From positions 288,001-352,000 of the forward strand of contig CBDBZU010000004.1 in NCBI GenBank assembly GCA_965213625.1: DNA of 64,000 bases. Direction: 5' to 3'. This DNA comes from a bacterium. GTDB taxonomy: Bacteria > UBA8248. This document shows positions 1 to 10,948 of the stretch, one piece after another. The position numbers were made by a program, and so were the translations under genes. The stretch's first letter is position 1. Every line of letters starts with the position of its first letter. Below the pieces are notes generated by a model. The model worked only from the letters and a program-made list of their open reading frames with translations. It had not been told where the DNA came from and made no database searches.

Positions 1-733
1 CGGCGGCGTCGCCGCCCGAAGCGAACGATTTCACCTTGCCCACGATGGTCTGGTAATCCTGGTGGTGGAAGGGCGTGTACTCTTCCATGATGTTCGAGGC
101 GGGAACGCCTTTCGCCAGCAGGAAGGCCCTGAGAATCTTGTTCGCCGTGCGCGGGAACACGTAGTCGGTACCGAGCAGGTAGAACTTCTTGAACCCGCCC
201 CCGTCCTCGCTCATCATGTAGTCGGCCGCCGGTATCAACTGCTGGTTCGGCGTCGCGCCCGTGTAGAAGACGTTCTTCGAGCACTCCTCGCCCTCGTACT
301 GCACCGGGTAGAAGAGAAGGCCGTTGTTCTTCTCATACACAGGAAGAACGGATTTGCGGCTCACCGAGGTCCAGCAGCCGAACGTCACGTCCACCTTGTC
401 CTGCAGTAGAAGCTGCTTCGCCTTCTCGGCGAACAAATCCCAGTCGGACGCCGGGTCGACGACCACGGGCTTGATGGGGCGCTTCATCACGCCGCCCGCC
501 GAGTTGATCTCCTCCACGGCCATCAGAACCACGTCACGCAGCGAAACCTCGCTGATCGCCATGGTTCCGCTCAGCGAATGCAGAATACCGATCTTGATGG
601 GTTCCGCCGCCCGAATCACGTTCGGGAACGGGAGCGTGCTCATCGCCGCGGCGCCGAGCCCCACCGCTCCGGCTTTCTTCAGGAACTTCCTGCGGGATAA
701 CTTTTCCGCGCTAACCAGCTTCTTGCTCTTCAT
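1..733 (-). CDS. urtA: Urea ABC transporter substrate-binding protein (runs off the window's left edge)
   Basis: Manual minus-strand translation from ATG at 733: MKSKK...SRRKFLK (Tat-like)...[20 protein letters not shown]...[15 protein letters not shown]...[26 protein letters not shown]...[11 protein letters not shown], which are hallmark UrtA motifs. Absent from the ORF track because it is truncated. Confidence 0.9.
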   Translation of the reverse strand, partial: MKSKKLVSAEKLSRRKFLKKAGAVGLGAAAMSTLPFPNVIRAAEPIKIGILHSLSGTMAISEVSLRDVVLMAVEEINSAGGVMKRPIKPVVVDPASDWDLFAEKAKQLLLQDKVDVTFGCWTSVSRKSVLPVYEKNNGLLFYPVQYEGEECSKNVFYTGATPNQQLIPAADYMMSEDGGGFKKFYLLGTDYVFPRTANKILRAFLLAKGVPASNIMEEYTPFHHQDYQTIVGKVKSFASGGDAA

Positions 734-1008
734 TCTCTCAATCTCCCCTTCTTCTATTCGTTAATACGACCGCCTTGTGCGGCCAGAAATCAAATTGAAC
801 ACTGCATATCTTCGTTGACAGGATAAGAATATATTGAGGTTTCTTTACGGGAATCTTGCGGTTCGGTTAAATTGTCGTTTCTGTTTTGTTTCGCCCATGT
901 TTCGAGGATTCACCATTTCATGACCAAAATTTCCACTATCCACCCCCCGCAGGCCGGGCGATCCCTCATCCTTTGGACGCATCCTGCACCCTCGGAGAGG
1001 CCTATATA

Positions 1009-2391
1009 ATGGCGTCCTTAAGCCGCACGCTCGCGAGATGGGCGGCGGGGCTTCGCTTCGAGGATCTGCCGGGCGAAGTCGTCGACCGCGCCAAGGGCGT
1101 TACCTTGCAAGCCCTCGGCTCCGCTCTGTTGGGTTCTCAAACAGAAGACGGGCGAAGAGCCGTCGCCCTCATCACCGGGGAAGAAGCGGGCGTTCTTGGC
1201 GGTGCGACCATCTTGGTGAGCGGGGCCAGGGCGACGAAAGGGGGCGCCGCATTCGCGAACGCGGAAATGGCTCTTGCAGGCGGCAAGTGGGATACCTTCC
1301 GCATGCTCACCCACCCGGGAACCAGCATCATCCCCGCAGCCCTCGCTGCGGCGGAAGCGCGGGGCGCCTCGGGCGCGGAATTCCTGACGGGCGTCACCGC
1401 GGGGTATGAGGTCATGGAGCGTCTGGCGTCGGACTTCATCCCCACGGTGATGTCGCGCGGTTTTCATGCGGGCCCCGTCTTCGGGATTTTCGGGGCCGCC
1501 GTCGCCGCCGGTAAAATCATGGGGCTGAACGAGGAACAGCTGAACAGCGCGGTTGCGCTATGTGTGAATCTCGCGAGTGGCAACCTCGAAGGCCCGCGCA
1601 GCGGCGGACAGGCGCTGAGGGAGGGAGGCGCCGTGCGGAACGCCCTCCTTGCGGCGGACCTGGCCGAGCGCGGCCACGTCGGCGGGGAGACGGTGTTAGA
1701 GGGCGAAGCCGGTTTCTACCACGCCTACGCCGGAAACAACGAAGGCCGCCTCACCTACAGCTTCACGGGCGACACGAAAACAAACTTGGGAAAAATCACC
1801 GAGGGTCTTGGAGAGGAGTGGCTCTTCCTCGAAACGCTGTTCCGTATCTATTCCACCTCGGGCTACAACCTGGCCCACATCGACGTGACGGCGAGCCTCT
1901 GCGAGGAGAACGACATCCGCCCCGAGGAGGTCGAGCGCGTGGAGACCCTCGTGAACTGGCTGGAGACGCAATACCCGAGCCCCGCCTTCCCAAATCGACG
2001 CGAGGACGGCGAACCGCGACCGGGCGGGACGCATTACTACGCGGCCTACGGCGTCGTGGAGCGCGGCTATCCCCTGCTGAACAAGCCCCCAGGGGAGGAT
2101 GATCCCCCCGAGGTGCTCGAGATGATGCAGCGCGTGAGCATCGTCCCCTCTCCCGAGATGGGCCTTTTCGCTCCCAAGGTGAGCATCCACACGAAAGAAA
2201 GAGGGGTTTTCACGAAACAGGCCACCGGGCGGGAGTTCATCTTCAGTTTCGATGAACTCGCGAACCGCATCGGGGGTATCGCCACAGGCCTCCCCATACC
2301 GGAGTCGCGCTACAGGGAAATCATCGAAACCTGCCGTGCTCTGGAAACGGAAGTGAAAGCGGAAAAACTCATCCGCCTTAGCTTGACCTGA
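1009..2391 (+). CDS. MmgE/PrpD family protein
   Basis: LARWAAGLRFEDLPGEVV, AAFANA, THPGTSIIPAALA, RGFHAG and GETVLEGEAGFY motifs. Likely start is ATG 1009. Confidence 0.85.
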   Translation: MASLSRTLARWAAGLRFEDLPGEVVDRAKGVTLQALGSALLGSQTEDGRRAVALITGEEAGVLGGATILVSGARATKGGAAFANAEMALAGGKWDTFRMLTHPGTSIIPAALAAAEARGASGAEFLTGVTAGYEVMERLASDFIPTVMSRGFHAGPVFGIFGAAVAAGKIMGLNEEQLNSAVALCVNLASGNLEGPRSGGQALREGGAVRNALLAADLAERGHVGGETVLEGEAGFYHAYAGNNEGRLTYSFTGDTKTNLGKITEGLGEEWLFLETLFRIYSTSGYNLAHIDVTASLCEENDIRPEEVERVETLVNWLETQYPSPAFPNRREDGEPRPGGTHYYAAYGVVERGYPLLNKPPGEDDPPEVLEMMQRVSIVPSPEMGLFAPKVSIHTKERGVFTKQATGREFIFSFDELANRIGGIATGLPIPESRYREIIETCRALETEVKAEKLIRLSLT

Positions 2392-2416
2392 GAACAGCCT
2401 GTCTCCTGGAAACGCC

Positions 2417-3553
2417 CTACCAGAGCCTTTCAGACGCCAGGGCAGCGCCCTCGGCGAGGGAGGCCATTTTCATCCACACGATGCGGCGGTCCACCTGGAC
2501 ACGGCCGGCAAAGGTGCCGAAACCGCAATCAACGCCTGCGATGACGTTCTCGCGCCCCGCCGCCTCGGCGTAGTTCACGATACGCTCCGCCACCAGTTCT
2601 GGATGCTCCACGAAGTTGGACGTCGAATCGATTACGCCGGGGATGATGCTCTGGCCCTCCGGCAAATCGACCTCGCGCCATACCTTCCACTCGTGGCCGT
2701 GGCGGGGGTTCGCGCCTGGGAACGAGACGGCGCAGGGTTTTCCCTTGAGCACGATATCGATGATGTCCTTTATCGGGACGTCCTCATGGTGCGGCCCCAG
2801 CGTGCTGCCCCAGCAGATGTGCATGCGCATGCGCTCGGGCGCGATGTTCCGCACCGCGTGGTTCAGGGCTTCGACGTGCATCTCGATTTCCTTGCGGAAA
2901 TCCGTGAGGCTCAAATCGCGAAACACGGTGTGGCGACTCAGCGCAAGGTCAGGGCAGTCGAGTTGCAAGAGCAGCCCCGCATCCACAATCGCCTCGTATT
3001 CTCGTCGCATCACGTCTGCGAGCGCGAATATGTATTCCTCCTCGCTCGGGTAGTAGAGATTCCTTAAATAACGCGATATCTGGCCCGGCGAGGGGGAGGT
3101 CATGAACGCCTCCTCCGTATCGGTGCGGCCCAGGGCGCTCTTCGCGCGCTCGATGTCCGCCTCGGCGGCGGGCCAATCCTTCCAGTCCACCGGGCCTGAG
3201 CATGCCGGGCGGTTCTGAAGTGGCGAGGCGAATTGAGAGAGTATCTCGGAGAGTTCGGGGAAACCCTCCTCGCCCGTGCCGAGCGGGGGCGAACTCGGCC
3301 CCTCATAGCCCGTCAACCTGTGCTTGACGTGTGATGTGTAATCGGGCCGGCCCTGCTCCCCATCGTTGATGACGTCGACCCCCGCCTCCACCTGTTTCTC
3401 CACGACGTCCTCAATGGCGCGCGCCACGGCGGCATCGAGGTCGCCGGAATCCGCGCCGCCTTCCTCCTGGGCCAGCAACAGATCGACCACATCCTGGGGA
3501 CGCGGCAGGCTTCCTGTGTGGGTCGTGAGTATTCTCTCGGTGCTGCGCTTCAT
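2417..3553 (-). CDS. Cobalamin-independent methionine synthase II (MetE C-terminal-like) family protein
   Basis: ILTTHTGSLPRP, INDGEQ, LQLDCPDL, HICWG, IPGVID and DCGFGT zinc-ligand motifs. Confidence 0.85.
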   Translation of the reverse strand: MKRSTERILTTHTGSLPRPQDVVDLLLAQEEGGADSGDLDAAVARAIEDVVEKQVEAGVDVINDGEQGRPDYTSHVKHRLTGYEGPSSPPLGTGEEGFPELSEILSQFASPLQNRPACSGPVDWKDWPAAEADIERAKSALGRTDTEEAFMTSPSPGQISRYLRNLYYPSEEEYIFALADVMRREYEAIVDAGLLLQLDCPDLALSRHTVFRDLSLTDFRKEIEMHVEALNHAVRNIAPERMRMHICWGSTLGPHHEDVPIKDIIDIVLKGKPCAVSFPGANPRHGHEWKVWREVDLPEGQSIIPGVIDSTSNFVEHPELVAERIVNYAEAAGRENVIAGVDCGFGTFAGRVQVDRRIVWMKMASLAEGAALASERLW

Positions 3554-3686
3554 GGTTTGGCGCTCCCTCTCTGGAAAAAATTGCTCTCTAGCATTTTATC
3601 CCTTTTTCTTCTTTACAGTCCCTTCTTCGGTGAACCAGAGACCCTCCAGGTCGATCGAATTCTCAATCTCCTGACGTGTGGATATG

Positions 3687-5195
3687 CTATGCCGAGGAAG
3701 GTTCGGACGCCTTCTTGAGCGCATTTTTCTTGACTCTCCACTCGAGATAGAACGGCCAGGTGAAGGAGACCACCGAGAGGCACAGGAAGAACAGACACCA
3801 CGGCGACGTAAAGAAAATCGAGATGTCGCCCTTCGATGCGGCGAGGGCGACCCGCATGTGCTCCTCGAGTTGCCGCCCCAGCACGAGCGCGAGCAGCATG
3901 GGGACGACCGGAATATCGAGCCACTTGAATGAAAGCGCCACGAGGCCGAAGAAGAACATGACGTAGATGTCGAAGAATGAATTTCTGAGCGCATACGTCC
4001 CCAACACGCACAGGGCGACGATGATCGGAAGCAGCAGCGAGCGGGGGATGGACAGCAGCTTCACGATGACGCGCAGCCCCAGGAACGCGACCGTCGCCGT
4101 GCTGCAAATCGCGATGAAATACGAGAAAAGCACGGAAAAGGCGAAGGGACCCTGCTCCACAAACAGCAGCGGCCCCGGCGCCATGCCGTGCACCAGCAAG
4201 GCGCCGATAAGGATCGCGGTTATCGGGTCGCCCGGAATCCCCAGCGTCATCATGGGAATGAGCGCCCCGCCCGCGATGGAACTGTTCGCCGATTCTGGCG
4301 CGGCGACTCCCTCCACGCAGCCCTTTCCGAATTGCTCCGGCTCCTTGCTGACCTTCTGGGCGTAGTCGTAGCTCACGAAAACGGCTATCGGGCCGCCCGC
4401 TCCCGGCAGGATGCCGACGAATGTGCCCACGATGGAGCCGATGGCAACCGGAAGCCGGATTTTCTTGATGTCTTCCCAACTGGGAAACACGCGGCCGAAT
4501 TTCGAGGCGACCGAACGTATGTTCCCCTCCGCCAGGTTCGCCACTATCTCCGGAATGGCGAACAGGCCCACGAGAGCGGCGATGAAGTGGATTCCCGCGA
4601 GCATGTTCGCGTCCCCGAAAGTGAAGCGCGCCGTCCCCACGAGCGGATCCATCCCCACCGTCACGATCATGAGGCCCAAAAAAGTGGACAAGAGGCCCTT
4701 CACGAGCGATTTCGCCGCGAAGGCGGATATGACGGACATGCCGAAAAAGACCAGCCCGAACAGGTCGGCCGCGCGGAACTGGAGCGCTACTTTTGTGAGT
4801 TGGGGAGCGATCAAAATCAGGCAGAAGAAGCTGACGAGCCCGCCGGTGAAGCTCGATACGATGGAAACGCCCAGCGCCCGGCCGGCCTCGCCCTTTTGCG
4901 TGAGAGGGAATCCGTCCATCGTCGTGGCCGAAGCCGACGGCGAGCCGGGAATGTTGATGAGAATCGCGGCGAAGCTCCCCCCCGTCATACCGCCCGCGAA
5001 GACGCCGAGCAGGAGCGCCACGGCGGTGGTCGGCTCCAGGATGAAGGTGACCGGGAACAGGATGATGATGCCCGCGCTCGTCGTAAGCCCCGGCATCATC
5101 CCGCATATGAGGCCGTGCAGCGCGCCCAGGGCGGTGGCCAGAATGCTCGTCGGCGCGAGGGCGAGGTAGAACCCCTGTAGCAAGTCACCGTTCAT
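3687..5195 (-). CDS. tctA: Tripartite tricarboxylate transporter permease TctA
   Basis: Highly hydrophobic 502 aa with ILINIPGSPSASATTMDGFP, APESANS and LTLGIPGD-like motifs. Confidence 0.9.
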   Translation of the reverse strand: MNGDLLQGFYLALAPTSILATALGALHGLICGMMPGLTTSAGIIILFPVTFILEPTTAVALLLGVFAGGMTGGSFAAILINIPGSPSASATTMDGFPLTQKGEAGRALGVSIVSSFTGGLVSFFCLILIAPQLTKVALQFRAADLFGLVFFGMSVISAFAAKSLVKGLLSTFLGLMIVTVGMDPLVGTARFTFGDANMLAGIHFIAALVGLFAIPEIVANLAEGNIRSVASKFGRVFPSWEDIKKIRLPVAIGSIVGTFVGILPGAGGPIAVFVSYDYAQKVSKEPEQFGKGCVEGVAAPESANSSIAGGALIPMMTLGIPGDPITAILIGALLVHGMAPGPLLFVEQGPFAFSVLFSYFIAICSTATVAFLGLRVIVKLLSIPRSLLLPIIVALCVLGTYALRNSFFDIYVMFFFGLVALSFKWLDIPVVPMLLALVLGRQLEEHMRVALAASKGDISIFFTSPWCLFFLCLSVVSFTWPFYLEWRVKKNALKKASEPSSA

Positions 5196-5201
5196 ATGGC
5201 G

Positions 5202-5684
5202 TCATCCGAAAAAACTTCCCCTCGGCAGGGGAAGCTGAAACAGGTCGCGGAACAGGAAGAACAAGAACATGGGAACGACAATCGCAAGCCCCAGGAGAAC
5301 CAGTGGGCGGCGCTCGCCCGTCACCCACATGAGAGCGGCGAAGAAGACGGGCGTGGACCAGAAGAACCCGAAGGTCGAAAGCGCGAAAAAATAAAGCCCC
5401 GTTATTAGCAGGCCGGCCGCCGCGCGGGCGATGCTGAAATTCTCGTTCGAAGAAGGTCTGTCGGGCCTCAGGTCGACGAGGCCGCCTGAGTCCTTGAGCC
5501 CCCTCACTCCCTGGAAAATGAGCATCGCGGAGAGGGCGAGTATCGAGATGGTGATCAGATACGGGAAAAAGTGGGGTCCGGGCGCATCGGTCGTGGTGCG
5601 CTTGGGAAGCAGAGTGGCGAGGCCGCCGTAGTAGAGCGTTAATCCGAGGATGACCACCCCGCCGACTATGTTTCTGAGTCCCAT
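5202..5684 (-). CDS. tctB: Tripartite tricarboxylate transporter small subunit TctB
   Basis: Small multi-TM protein with PGPHFFP and LFQLPLPRG motifs, located between tctC and tctA. Confidence 0.85.
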   Translation of the reverse strand: MGLRNIVGGVVILGLTLYYGGLATLLPKRTTTDAPGPHFFPYLITISILALSAMLIFQGVRGLKDSGGLVDLRPDRPSSNENFSIARAAAGLLITGLYFFALSTFGFFWSTPVFFAALMWVTGERRPLVLLGLAIVVPMFLFFLFRDLFQLPLPRGSFFG

Positions 5685-5779
5685 CCCGAATCCGTCCGAA
5701 GGAGATGAAAACGGTTAGAAAACGAAGGCCGCCCCCTCCCTGGAAGAGGCGGCCCCCGTGTGTCACGCGATTGGCGCGT

Positions 5780-6754
5780 TTATTTCTTCGTCTTGGACTT
5801 GTATACGCCAGTGGCTTTCATGATGTCGGCGACAATCTTGTCGCGCTTGGCGAGCATTTTGCCGAACTCTTCCGGCCCGCTCGGGTCGATCGTGAAGCCC
5901 TTCGTCTTGGCCAGCTTCTTGAAAGCCGCCGAATTGGCGGCCTTTTTCATGGCGTCGACAAGTTTCGCCTTAACAGCGGCGGGCGTTCCCTTCGGCACGC
6001 TGAGGCCGCGGAAATGGTCGAAGTCGATGTCGTGGCCCATTTCCTTCATAGTCGGCACGTCCGGGATTGCCGGGTTCCGCTTGCCCGTGATGTGGGTGAT
6101 GATGCGGAACTTGTTCGCTTTCGCCAGGCGAATCGCCCCAGTGAGAGGCGCACCCATGGCGTCCACCTCGCCGCTCAGAAGCGCCGCGTTGCGCCGCTTG
6201 ACGCCCAGGGGAACGAGGATGGCTTTACAGCCCGTCATGCTCGAGAAAATGACCGCCGTGAGATGCGTGGTGCTGCCGGTGCCTGCGTGGCCGATTTTGA
6301 GCGTGTTTGGCTTTTTCTTGCAGTCCGCCACGAAATCCTTGGCCGTCTTCCATTTCGATTTCGCGTTCACCGCCACCACCAGGGGCTGGAAGTGCACCCG
6401 CCCGATATGGTCGAGTTCCTGATAGCCCCACGGAACGTTGCCGATGTTCGTGGAGGTGAGGACGGAGGTGGAGTTCCAGGCCACGATATAGCCGTCCGGC
6501 TTGGAGTTCTTGACGAACGTGTAGGTGACGGCGCCGCCCGCGCCCGGCTTGTTGATGGCCACCACGGGAACGCCGAGCTCCTTCGCCATTCCCTTGGCGA
6601 GCAGGCGCCCCTCGATGTCCGCGCCGCCGCCCGCACCGAAGGGAATGATGAACTGAATCGGCTTCTCGGGATAGGCGGCCGAAGCAGTCTTGAGCGGCAA
6701 TGCGGCTGCGAAAACGGCTATCAGAACTACACACAGGATGCGATGTACCTTCAT
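5780..6754 (-). CDS. tctC: Tripartite tricarboxylate transporter substrate-binding protein TctC (Bug family)
   Basis: Signal peptide, then YPEKPIQFIIPFGAGGGAD, NKPGAGG, PDGY and PDVPTMKEMG. Confidence 0.9.
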   Translation of the reverse strand: MKVHRILCVVLIAVFAAALPLKTASAAYPEKPIQFIIPFGAGGGADIEGRLLAKGMAKELGVPVVAINKPGAGGAVTYTFVKNSKPDGYIVAWNSTSVLTSTNIGNVPWGYQELDHIGRVHFQPLVVAVNAKSKWKTAKDFVADCKKKPNTLKIGHAGTGSTTHLTAVIFSSMTGCKAILVPLGVKRRNAALLSGEVDAMGAPLTGAIRLAKANKFRIITHITGKRNPAIPDVPTMKEMGHDIDFDHFRGLSVPKGTPAAVKAKLVDAMKKAANSAAFKKLAKTKGFTIDPSGPEEFGKMLAKRDKIVADIMKATGVYKSKTKK

Positions 6755-7059
6755 TTGTTTACCCCCTTGATTGAAAAGATATGCTCCCGATTTATCCGAA
6801 CTGGAAAACCTGAAAATCGTTCCTGACGTTGGAGAATCCTATTATCCCTCATTTTATCGTGAGAATCCATCCCGGATTTATAGAGGATGGACATCGGGCC
6901 GCCGGAGGCGAGTGTATGCGGAGGTCTTACGGGTACAGGCAGGACAGCGCGCCTGTTTGCTCGCAAATTCGGGGAATTGGATGAAGGGTCGATCTTCGCA
7001 GCAGCATCACATGCGACTCGGCAATGGAAAGCGCCACACGATTCATTTCGCCACGGACC

Positions 7060-7270
7060 GGCGGCTGGATATCTCTCCGAGCAGCCGATCGGACTTCCCG
7101 AAAGCAGACCCGAGAAGCTTGGTTGCGCTTGCCATTCAGTGTCGGAACGCCATGCATGGTGAACCCGGTTCGAAGCCGAACATCCCGAACGGCCACCGGC
7201 CACCCCGCCTCGATGTAATCGGTCAAGAAACCGTTTTTGCCGATGGCGATGCCGTCGCCGGTGGCCGGGA
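7060..7270 (-). pseudogene. Possible decayed LysR-type substrate-binding domain remnant
   Basis: The minus strand reads GDGIAIGKNGFLTDYIEAGWPVAVRDVRLRTGFTMHGV, resembling a LysR/GcvA C-terminus. No intact start or HTH is visible. Confidence 0.3.
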
Positions 7271-7410
7271 TAGTGCTGAATTCGCGTTGCCGGATATTTG
7301 TGACACTTGTATAGTTGAGTTACATAATCGCATCGGGCAAGAAGGGAATGCAGAAAGTCCCTAACCGCGTGAGTACGATGCTTAACGGCGCTGGGTAGGA
7401 GGGTATCGCG

Positions 7411-8751
7411 ATGTCTGATGATGACATTCACATCAGCACGAATGAGGACGAAACGCTCACCGGCGGCGACAACTCCGATACCTTCGTTTTCGGTAAAAAC
7501 CACGGAGACGACACCATCACCGACTTCACCAATGGTGAAGACCTCATCGATCTCACGCAGTTTCCTACCATATCGAGCTTCTCCGACCTGACCGTCACTT
7601 CCAATGACGACGGAGTAACCATCGATCTCTCCGCGCATGGAGGCGGAACCATCCTGCTCCAGGGAATCAATATCAATGATCTGGACGCGTCGGATTTCGT
7701 GTTCCCGACCGTGGGCACCACCGGCGACGACACGTTCTATGGCGGAAAAGGGGACAATGTCATCTACGGTGGCGAGGGAGACGACTGGTTCTTCGGCGGC
7801 AAGGGTGACGACACGATATATGGCGGCGAGGGCGACGATACGATCGTCGGCGATGCCGGCGACGACACGATCTACGGCGGAGAAGACGATGACTATATCG
7901 TCGCCAAAACCGGTGAAGACACGATCTACGGCGACGAGGGTGATGACACAATCTGGGGCGGCCGCGGCGACGACACGATATATGGCGGCGCGGACGATGA
8001 TACGCTCAGGGGCGACGAGGGCGACGACACGATAACCGGCGGTGCGGGCGACGACTCGATGGCGGGCGGAGAAGGAGACGACACCTTCGTATTCGGCCTG
8101 AACCACGGCCACGACACCATCACCGACTTCGACACCGATAACGATATAATCGACATCTCCGCCCTCGGAGACGCGATCACCTGGGAGTTGTTGAGCGCAA
8201 AGATTTCGGATATCACGGATGAGCAAGGCAACGTTACGGGTGTGACGGTCGACCTGTCCGATTGGGACGGCGGAACGATCACCATCAATCGCGTTGCTTC
8301 CACCGACCTCACTGCTAGTTTATTCAATCTTCAGGATGAAGACACAAGTGATGAAACATCCGATACTAGCGTGAACATCGACTTCCATGTGGGCACTGAT
8401 GAAGACGACACGCTGACAGGCGGCGAAAACAATGACGCCATTACCGGCGGCGCGGGCGACGACACGCTCTCGGGCGGGGCCGGCGACGATACCTTCGTGT
8501 ATGCGGCAGGCGATGGAAACGACACGATCACAGACTTCACCGATGGAGAAGATACCATCGACCTCTCCGCGATCTCCGGAATAACCGCATTTGCCGACCT
8601 CACGATCACGCAGGACGGTGACAACACGGTGATCAATCTCGGCGATGATGCGGGTAAGATTACGCTCGAAGGTTTTACTTCGACCAATCTGGACGCGGAG
8701 GACTTCAACTTCTACGAGTCGCCGACGGAATCTGTAGACGAAGGCATGTGA
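7411..8751 (+). CDS. RTX/hemolysin-type calcium-binding repeat protein (likely T1SS substrate)
   Basis: Long run of GGxGDDTxY nonapeptides, three DTFVF..G.DTITDF..DxIDLS modules, very acidic, no N-terminal signal peptide. Confidence 0.9.
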   Translation: MSDDDIHISTNEDETLTGGDNSDTFVFGKNHGDDTITDFTNGEDLIDLTQFPTISSFSDLTVTSNDDGVTIDLSAHGGGTILLQGININDLDASDFVFPTVGTTGDDTFYGGKGDNVIYGGEGDDWFFGGKGDDTIYGGEGDDTIVGDAGDDTIYGGEDDDYIVAKTGEDTIYGDEGDDTIWGGRGDDTIYGGADDDTLRGDEGDDTITGGAGDDSMAGGEGDDTFVFGLNHGHDTITDFDTDNDIIDISALGDAITWELLSAKISDITDEQGNVTGVTVDLSDWDGGTITINRVASTDLTASLFNLQDEDTSDETSDTSVNIDFHVGTDEDDTLTGGENNDAITGGAGDDTLSGGAGDDTFVYAAGDGNDTITDFTDGEDTIDLSAISGITAFADLTITQDGDNTVINLGDDAGKITLEGFTSTNLDAEDFNFYESPTESVDEGM

Positions 8752-9219
8752 GGTGCCCTGAATCACTTCTGCGCCGGCGGACAGGAACAGTTGGAAGTCG
8801 TGGAATTAATTCATCGACGAGCTTCTCCAAGAGAAAAAATGAACGGACGCGCACTTCCCTGAGTGACTGCGAAGCCTAGAAGGATTTCCGTAAATCGTTA
8901 TTTCGTTCTCTTGGCGCCGTTGTTTCCGGGCTTGGAGAGGTGGACCCCTGAGTCCGAGGTCAGCGGGAGGCTATTTCGACTCATGCGAGCTCGACCCCGT
9001 GGCTTTTCACCAATTCGCCATGCGCTTGCTCCAATGTAATACCTGCAGGCGCGACGGTGGCCTGGGTGTCTCGTAACCATACTGATATGGGCATATTGGG
9101 TGGGCAATTGAATTTTCCCAGCTTTCCATGGCCCGCGACGCAGACACAAAACACTTGACGCTCTTTTAGGCGCAGTTTTGGCCGGCGGCGTCAGGTTCCA
9201 GACCACCGGGAGCAAGAAT

Positions 9220-10638
9220 ATGTCCGAAAACGAAATCTGCGATCTCACCATCCATGATCTCTCCAATAAAATCGCTCGCCGTGAATTATCCCCCGTTGAG
9301 GTGACCGAAGCGCACCTTTCGCGGGTCGACGCGCTCAACCCGGCCGTCAACGCGTTCACCACCGTTGCTCATGAACGCGCACGCGCCGAGGCGAAGACGG
9401 CCGAGGCGGAAATCGCGTCGGGCAGTATCCGCGGGCCGCTTCACGGGGTGCCCATTGGCGTTAAGGACATCATCGACACGGCGGGCGTGCGCACCACGCA
9501 GGGGTCGAGCTTTTTCCGGGACAACGTGCCGACGCAGGACGCCGAGTGCGTCCGGCGGCTCCGCGATGCCGGCGCCGTCATGATCGGCAAGTGCAACACG
9601 GCGGAGTTCGCCGCCGAGTCGGCGACCAAGAATCCTCACCACGGGGCTTGCCGCAACCCCTGGGACGTCACTCGCGTACCCGCGGGCTCGAGCGGCGGCT
9701 CGGGCGCAGCGGTCGCAGCAAGAATGGCGCCCGGCGCGCTCGGCACCGACACCGGAGGTTCCGTGCGGGGACCGGCGGCGATATGCGGCGTTGTCGGGCT
9801 GAAACCCACCTACGGGCGCATCAGCCTGCGAGGCGTCTATCCGAACGCGCCGAGCCTGGATCATGTTGGACCCCTGACGCGAACGGTGCGCGATTGCGCG
9901 CTTTTGCTCCAGACGCTCGCCGGTTATGACCACGCCGACCCGTTTTCCGCTGATCTGGAAGCGCCCGATTTTTCGGCCGATCTGGAAAAGGGCGTCCAGG
10001 GCATGCGCTTCATGATTTCGTCTGATTTGATAGACGTCGAAATCGATGCGTCGATATTGGAGGCATTCGAAGCGGCTCTCGAAGCGCTGCGCGGGCTGGG
10101 CGCTGAAGTCGAGGAAGTCCCCTGTCCCTTCGCGGCGGAGATAAACCCCCACCGCAGGGCCATCGCGGACGCGGAGTTCTACCGCGTGCACGGCGAGCGC
10201 TACCGCGCGGACCCGGAGGGCTACGGGGTTCGTCTGCAACAGCGAATCGCAAACGCCGAGAAAACCACGCTGGCGATGTATATCGATGCGATCAACCACC
10301 GTAAGGCGCTCAAGCGCTCGATGCTCGACCTCATGACTCCCTACGACGCCATGCTCTCGCCCGGCTATCCCTGCCTCGCAGCGCCCGTCGAGACGACCAC
10401 GGCGCTCGTGAACGGGAAGGAGATGGACTTCATCGGCCTGGGGCGAAACCTGACGGGGATGCAGAGTTTCTGGGGCTTCCCCGGCCTGATGGTTCCGACG
10501 GGTTTCGATTCCGTCCACGGACTCCCGATGGCGATGCAGATAACGACCCGACCCGGCGATGAGGCGCGCGGCTTCCGGATCGGCCACGCGTATGAGGAAG
10601 CGACGCCCGGATTGCGCGAGCGAAAACCCGAGTTGTAG
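9220..10638 (+). CDS. Amidase (amidase-signature family, GatA-like)
   Basis: GPLHGVPIGVKD, NPWD..RVPAGSSGGSGAAVAA and GTDTGGSVRGPAAICGVVGLKPTYGR. Confidence 0.9.
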   Translation: MSENEICDLTIHDLSNKIARRELSPVEVTEAHLSRVDALNPAVNAFTTVAHERARAEAKTAEAEIASGSIRGPLHGVPIGVKDIIDTAGVRTTQGSSFFRDNVPTQDAECVRRLRDAGAVMIGKCNTAEFAAESATKNPHHGACRNPWDVTRVPAGSSGGSGAAVAARMAPGALGTDTGGSVRGPAAICGVVGLKPTYGRISLRGVYPNAPSLDHVGPLTRTVRDCALLLQTLAGYDHADPFSADLEAPDFSADLEKGVQGMRFMISSDLIDVEIDASILEAFEAALEALRGLGAEVEEVPCPFAAEINPHRRAIADAEFYRVHGERYRADPEGYGVRLQQRIANAEKTTLAMYIDAINHRKALKRSMLDLMTPYDAMLSPGYPCLAAPVETTTALVNGKEMDFIGLGRNLTGMQSFWGFPGLMVPTGFDSVHGLPMAMQITTRPGDEARGFRIGHAYEEATPGLRERKPEL

Positions 10639-10948
10639 GGGTTGTTGAAAAAGCCCCCTGATAAGGGGGGTTGAGGGATTCGGAGGGAATAATGCTTCAC
10701 TCGTCCCGCTCACCCTCCCCAAGCTTAATAACCAACCCCCCCTACCCCCCCTTGTCGGGTCTGTTGAAAAACCCGGTGTTGGAAGCGGGCGTTTTGGCGG
10801 CTCACGCGCCAATTGGGCTGCCTCCCCGCCGCCGCGTGAGCCGCCAAAACGCCCGCTTCCAACACCGGGTTTTTCAACAGACCCCTCAAGGGGGGACCTT
10901 CCCGCTTGAGGCGATGTCCCCCGACAAGGAGTTTTTTCAACGGACCCC
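10638..10948. repeat. Nested MITE/REP-like composite, with an inner element of about 52 bp perfect inverted arms at 10757-10884
   Basis: Outer ends GGGTTGTTGAAAAA...TTTTTCAACGGACCC. The inner GGGTCTGTTGAAAAACCCGGTGTTGGAAGCGGGCGTTTTGGCGGCTCACGCG and its exact reverse complement interrupt a CCCCCTTGTC|AAGGGGG palindrome. Confidence 0.8.

Noticed and set aside
7720-8090. 27-bp periodic repeats as a possible CRISPR array
   Set aside because: They are coding RTX nonapeptide repeats with no unique spacers and no cas genes. No CRISPR array was seen in the window.
6751-8226. 491-aa minus-strand ORF
   Set aside because: It is the antisense shadow of the repetitive RTX gene and has no independent motifs.
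9286-10812. Long antisense ORFs here and at 3613-5106, 11014-12123, 13770-14900, 41988-43562 and 51441-52502
   Set aside because: They overlap well-supported genes in other frames or strands, which is typical of high-GC DNA.
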